Shown: positions 60,587-64,000 of the stretch, one piece after another
Numbering within the stretch: position 1 is the first letter of the stretch
Layout of the letters: every line of letters starts with the position of its first letter
Assembly: GCA_002269645.1 (NCBI GenBank)
Contig: NIVC01002295.1
Span: 1-64,000 of the forward strand
Direction of reading: 5' to 3'
DNA from: Macrostomum lignano
Lineage: Eukaryota
DNA: 64,000 bases
Notes under the pieces: model-generated
What the model was told of the DNA's origin: nothing
Databases searched by the model: none
What the model saw: only the letters and a program-made list of their open reading frames with translations
Translations under genes and position numbers: made by a program

Positions 60587-63500
60587 TCACGACTTCTTGT
60601 TCTTCGATCGTAGGTTGTAGCCATGCGTCTGTGGCTGAACTGGTGGCTCATCAGTGGACGTGGTTTGCAGCGCGATGGACTTGCTCAATGGCGGCCGATG
60701 GTTGTGGTGGACCTGAATGTCATCAGTTGTGAACTCAGGTAGGTGACTAGGTCCAGCGCTGAGTCCATCTCCAGGCCATGGTTTCAGCTTGGAGGCATGC
60801 ACCACGATTGGTCGTTCGCTTGGTCGGTTGACGTCAGAAATCAGTGCGTTCTGATCGGAGAGCCATGCTAGTAGACGCATTGGGCCACGATAAGGATTGG
60901 AGAATTTTGTCTCCTTTGTTGCTGAGACATCCAAGTAGCATCGTGCACCTGGGCGTATGTAGCGGCGGTTGATCTTCTTGTCAGAGTTTTCAGCGCGCTG
61001 TTCAGCTGAGTTGTACAGAAGCTCCTTGGCGACTTCTCTGGCAAGCAAAATAGCTGAACAGGTCAAATTGACTGGTTTAATAACGTCCATGTATGCAGTT
61101 GTCTGGTGTTCCATGATCCGTGCGTTGGGTGGCAGGAAGTCTCGAGCGAAGAACAAGTAGAATGGTGATTCATTCATCGTTGAGTGTGCGGCGGTATTGA
61201 TTGCTAGTGTCACCGCAGGTAGGAAGTCAATCCAGAGATCTGGTTTGTCATGGACAAAGGCCGTAAGGGTTTGCTTCAGTGTCTTGTGTGCGCGTTCGAC
61301 GAAGTTGCTGGATGGTTGGTACACCGAGGTGTAGATTAGATGGATTCCAAGGGCACCCATAAACTCTCGAAATTCTTGCGAGATGAATTGGGGTCCGTTA
61401 TCTGAGATGATGTGTGCTGGTAGTCCTGCGAAGGCGAACACACGGTTGAAGAGACTGTTGCAGATGGTTGCAGAAGTTGTCTCAGTTAGCGGGATTGTGA
61501 ACAGGAATTTGCTAACGCCGCATTGGGCTGTGAGTATGTACTTGTAGACGTCGCGGCCGTGTGAAGCTGGTGGCAGTGGACCTACAAGGTCGATAGCCAA
61601 ATGAGAGAAAACCTCGTTGAATTTGACGGCTTTGTGCAGCGGTCGCAGTCGAGGTGCTGTTTTCGCTTTGTGGCAGATTTCGCAGTTGTTAATGAAATTG
61701 AAGACGTCTTGCCGTAGTGTAGGCCAGTAGTAGAAATGACTGATTTTGTCTGCTGTCTTTTGGTGACCTAGATGACCACCAAGGGCTGTCGAGTGGTTAC
61801 TTGTCAAAAGAGCTTCACGGTAGCGTGTTGGTATCACGAGGCGGCTTCGTCCTTCGTCATCTTCAAAGTATAGAGTGTTTCCGTCCAGGAAATAACGTGC
61901 CAGGTGTCGGCGAACATATTGTTGGTCTTTCTTGGACAGCTCGTGAGTGGGTGATTTTTCCGATAGAAGTGCTTTGATTGTTGACAGTAATGGGTCTTGA
62001 TCAATGGCATCCTGCAGTCCGTTGAATGTTGACAGCGATTGTATCTGACAGACTTTGGGGATGCGTGAAAGGCAGTCCGCTACTACATTTGATTTGCCTT
62101 TCACATAGTTGAGAGTGAAGTTGTAATCTTGTAGCGCTAGAATCCACTTCTGAAGTCGTTTTGAAATTGGCTGCTTGTCACTGAATAGACTCTTGAGTGG
62201 CTGGTGATCAGTGAAGACGTGGAACTGTTGATAAGAAGCGTAGAGGAACACGTGTAGCTTCTTTATTGCCCAATAGATGGCGTATGCTTCGCGTTCGAAT
62301 CGGTGGATAGCGTTGTTCAATTGAGCTTAACGTCTTAGAGATGTAGGCAACCGGGCGTTGGTGGTTGCTGTCGTCTAGCTGTGAGAGTACTGCTCCAATG
62401 GCGGTATCCGAGGCATCAGTGTGAAGGAAGTACGGTTTTCGCGGATTTGGATGAACCAGTAGTATATCCGTAGAGAGAAGTTGTTTCAGCTTTTCAAAGG
62501 CTGTTTGCGGCGTTTGTCCAGACGAATTTGTTGGGTTTTGAAGTGTTTTTGATAATACTCAGAAGTGGTTGTACTACTCGTGAGTAGCCAGCAATGTGCG
62601 TTCGGTAGAAATTTGCAAGTCCAAGGAAAGATTGTAGTTGTTTTACCGTTTGAGGCACAGGGAAGGTCTTGATTTTCTCGATGAGGCTGGGTGCGGGTCT
62701 AATGCCTTGAGCAGAAACCACAAATCCAAGATATTGTACCTCTGTTTTAGCAAAGATGCATTTTCGTAGTGAAATTCGCAATCCATGATGTCGTAACTTT
62801 TGGAAGAAGCGTTCGATTTCTTTGAGCATGCCGGTGAAGTCTTCGGCGATGAGCATGACGTCATCCAAGTAGGCAATCTGATTTGGAGAGTCAGCTGTTA
62901 ACAATGCTACAAGACGGCACATTAAGCTAGGACTGGACTTGAGTCCTTGAGGTAGTCGATTGAATTCCCAAAGTAGGCCGTTGGGTGCAATGAACGCAGT
63001 GTATTTTGTGCTTTCTGGATCGATCCGAACTTGGTAGAAAGCATCTGCTAGGTCACAGAGTGTGTACAGTTTAGCGTTTTTCAATCGATGTAGCAAATCC
63101 GGAATCTTAGGAGGTCGGATGCTAGGAGCACGAATTAGCTTGTTCAGTTTTCGGTAATCCGTCACGAGTCTTAGTTGTCGGCGACCTTGAGCGTCGAGCG
63201 TCTTCTTTTCCACGAGAAGACATGGACTTGAGTATTCAGATTCACTCGGACTGATGATTCCTTTTGACGGAAGTTTTCGATAGTTCGTCAAACCGTTCTT
63301 GTAGTCATGAGCGATTGGATAGGGTCTGGACGTGACTGGCTCAGAGTGTGGGTGTAGATGCAGGTGAGCCGTGTATTGGGTAGAGCAACCCATGTCGGTT
63401 GGCAGTAGTGCCAAGACGTCACGGTACTTGTTCATTAGAGTAACTAATTGTTCACTCTGCTCGTTGAGAGGTGCTGGTTGGCTTGCTTGAGTTGAGTACG

Positions 63501-63998
63501 AATCATGTCAGTCGTTGGTGTTCTTGCTGCAGCGTGCGTAGATTGTTGATTTGAGCTGCTGGTCGTACGATGTTGTAGTCAGACATGTTAGCCAGATTTC
63601 CAATGACTTGTTGAGGATGCAAGGTTTGCGTTGTCAGCGACGGTTGGCAATTTCCACAGTGATAGTTTGTCCGTCCGGGTTGACAGAAACAAGGCAAGTT
63701 GGTATCATCAACTGGTGTTTCTGGATCGTGTGGTCCTTAGGGACGAACAGGACAGGAATCGTTGGCTCATGTCGAGAAGAGAGTTTCAGCGTGACTTGGT
63801 GGCGTTGTCTGTGGTGGTAACTCTAGCTTGTTTTGCATCACCGCAGAGGTTTCTTGCAACTGTTGGATGGAGTTGAGCATCGTGCAAATTGCTCATTGCC
63901 AGCTTAGCTGTCGCTTTCGAGTAGTCGAATTGTAGTGGTATTCCCAGTGACTTAAAGGTTTCTACTCCTAAGAGCAAATCATAGTCAGCGTCGGGGTG
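60587..63998 (-). CDS. Gypsy pol (protease C-terminus, RT, RNase H, integrase) with several frameshifts
   Basis: DYDLLLGVE; SEYSSPCLLVEKK; LRLVTDYRKLN; DLADAFYQ; RLPQGLKSSP; AYLDDV; FLGLANFYR; HTDASDTAIGAVL; EREAYAI; FTDHQPL; H..GHLG..KT...CEIC; LAIDLVGP; ISDNGPQF; NFVERAH; GPY/F-like PYRGPM. Frameshifts at about 63500, 63280 (compensated), 62505 and 62310. Confidence 0.95.
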
Positions 63999-64000
63999 TC

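Larger units (their letters stand above)
57212..64000 (-). mobile_element. Ty3/Gypsy LTR retrotransposon, 5' part beyond the window, with extra 3' ORFs
   Basis: PR-RT-RH-INT domain order; candidate 3' LTR begins with TG at 57212 exactly where the TEP exon stops. Confidence 0.93.

Noticed and set aside
62300-62510. Programmed ribosomal frameshifting between RT and RNase H
   Set aside because: Frameshifts inside conserved pol domains are not a known gypsy strategy and there is no slippery heptamer; mutation or assembly error is more likely.

Overview
Eukaryotic, spliced, repeat-rich DNA. GC-rich exons sit in AT-rich DNA and most long introns are filled with minisatellites. The architecture resembles a free-living flatworm such as Macrostomum lignano, but that is an inference from style only. 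Recognisable genes: a mitotic B-type cyclin (-, 2843-4158, many single-base deletions), MED17 (-, 7000-11022, 5 exons), beta-TrCP/slimb (-, 28087-31463, 4 exons, first exon not located), an intronless GT31 beta-1,3-glycosyltransferase (+, 42918-44420) and an alpha-2-macroglobulin/TEP gene (+, 49104-57214). The TEP gene has two probable GC-AG introns and breaks off at the terminus of a Ty3/Gypsy LTR retrotransposon (-, 57212 to window end). DNA transposons with readable TIRs and TSDs: four hAT elements (8-bp TSDs), two Mutator-like elements (9-bp TSDs, one with a mismatch) and a Tc1 nested in a mariner. The most novel-looking item is the Gypsy 3' region. It has an env-position ORF with a splice acceptor that by eye aligns to the Ulp1/SENP protease fold with all catalytic residues replaced, plus an antisense Cys-rich single-pass membrane micro-ORF. 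All homology calls are by eye; no searches were run.
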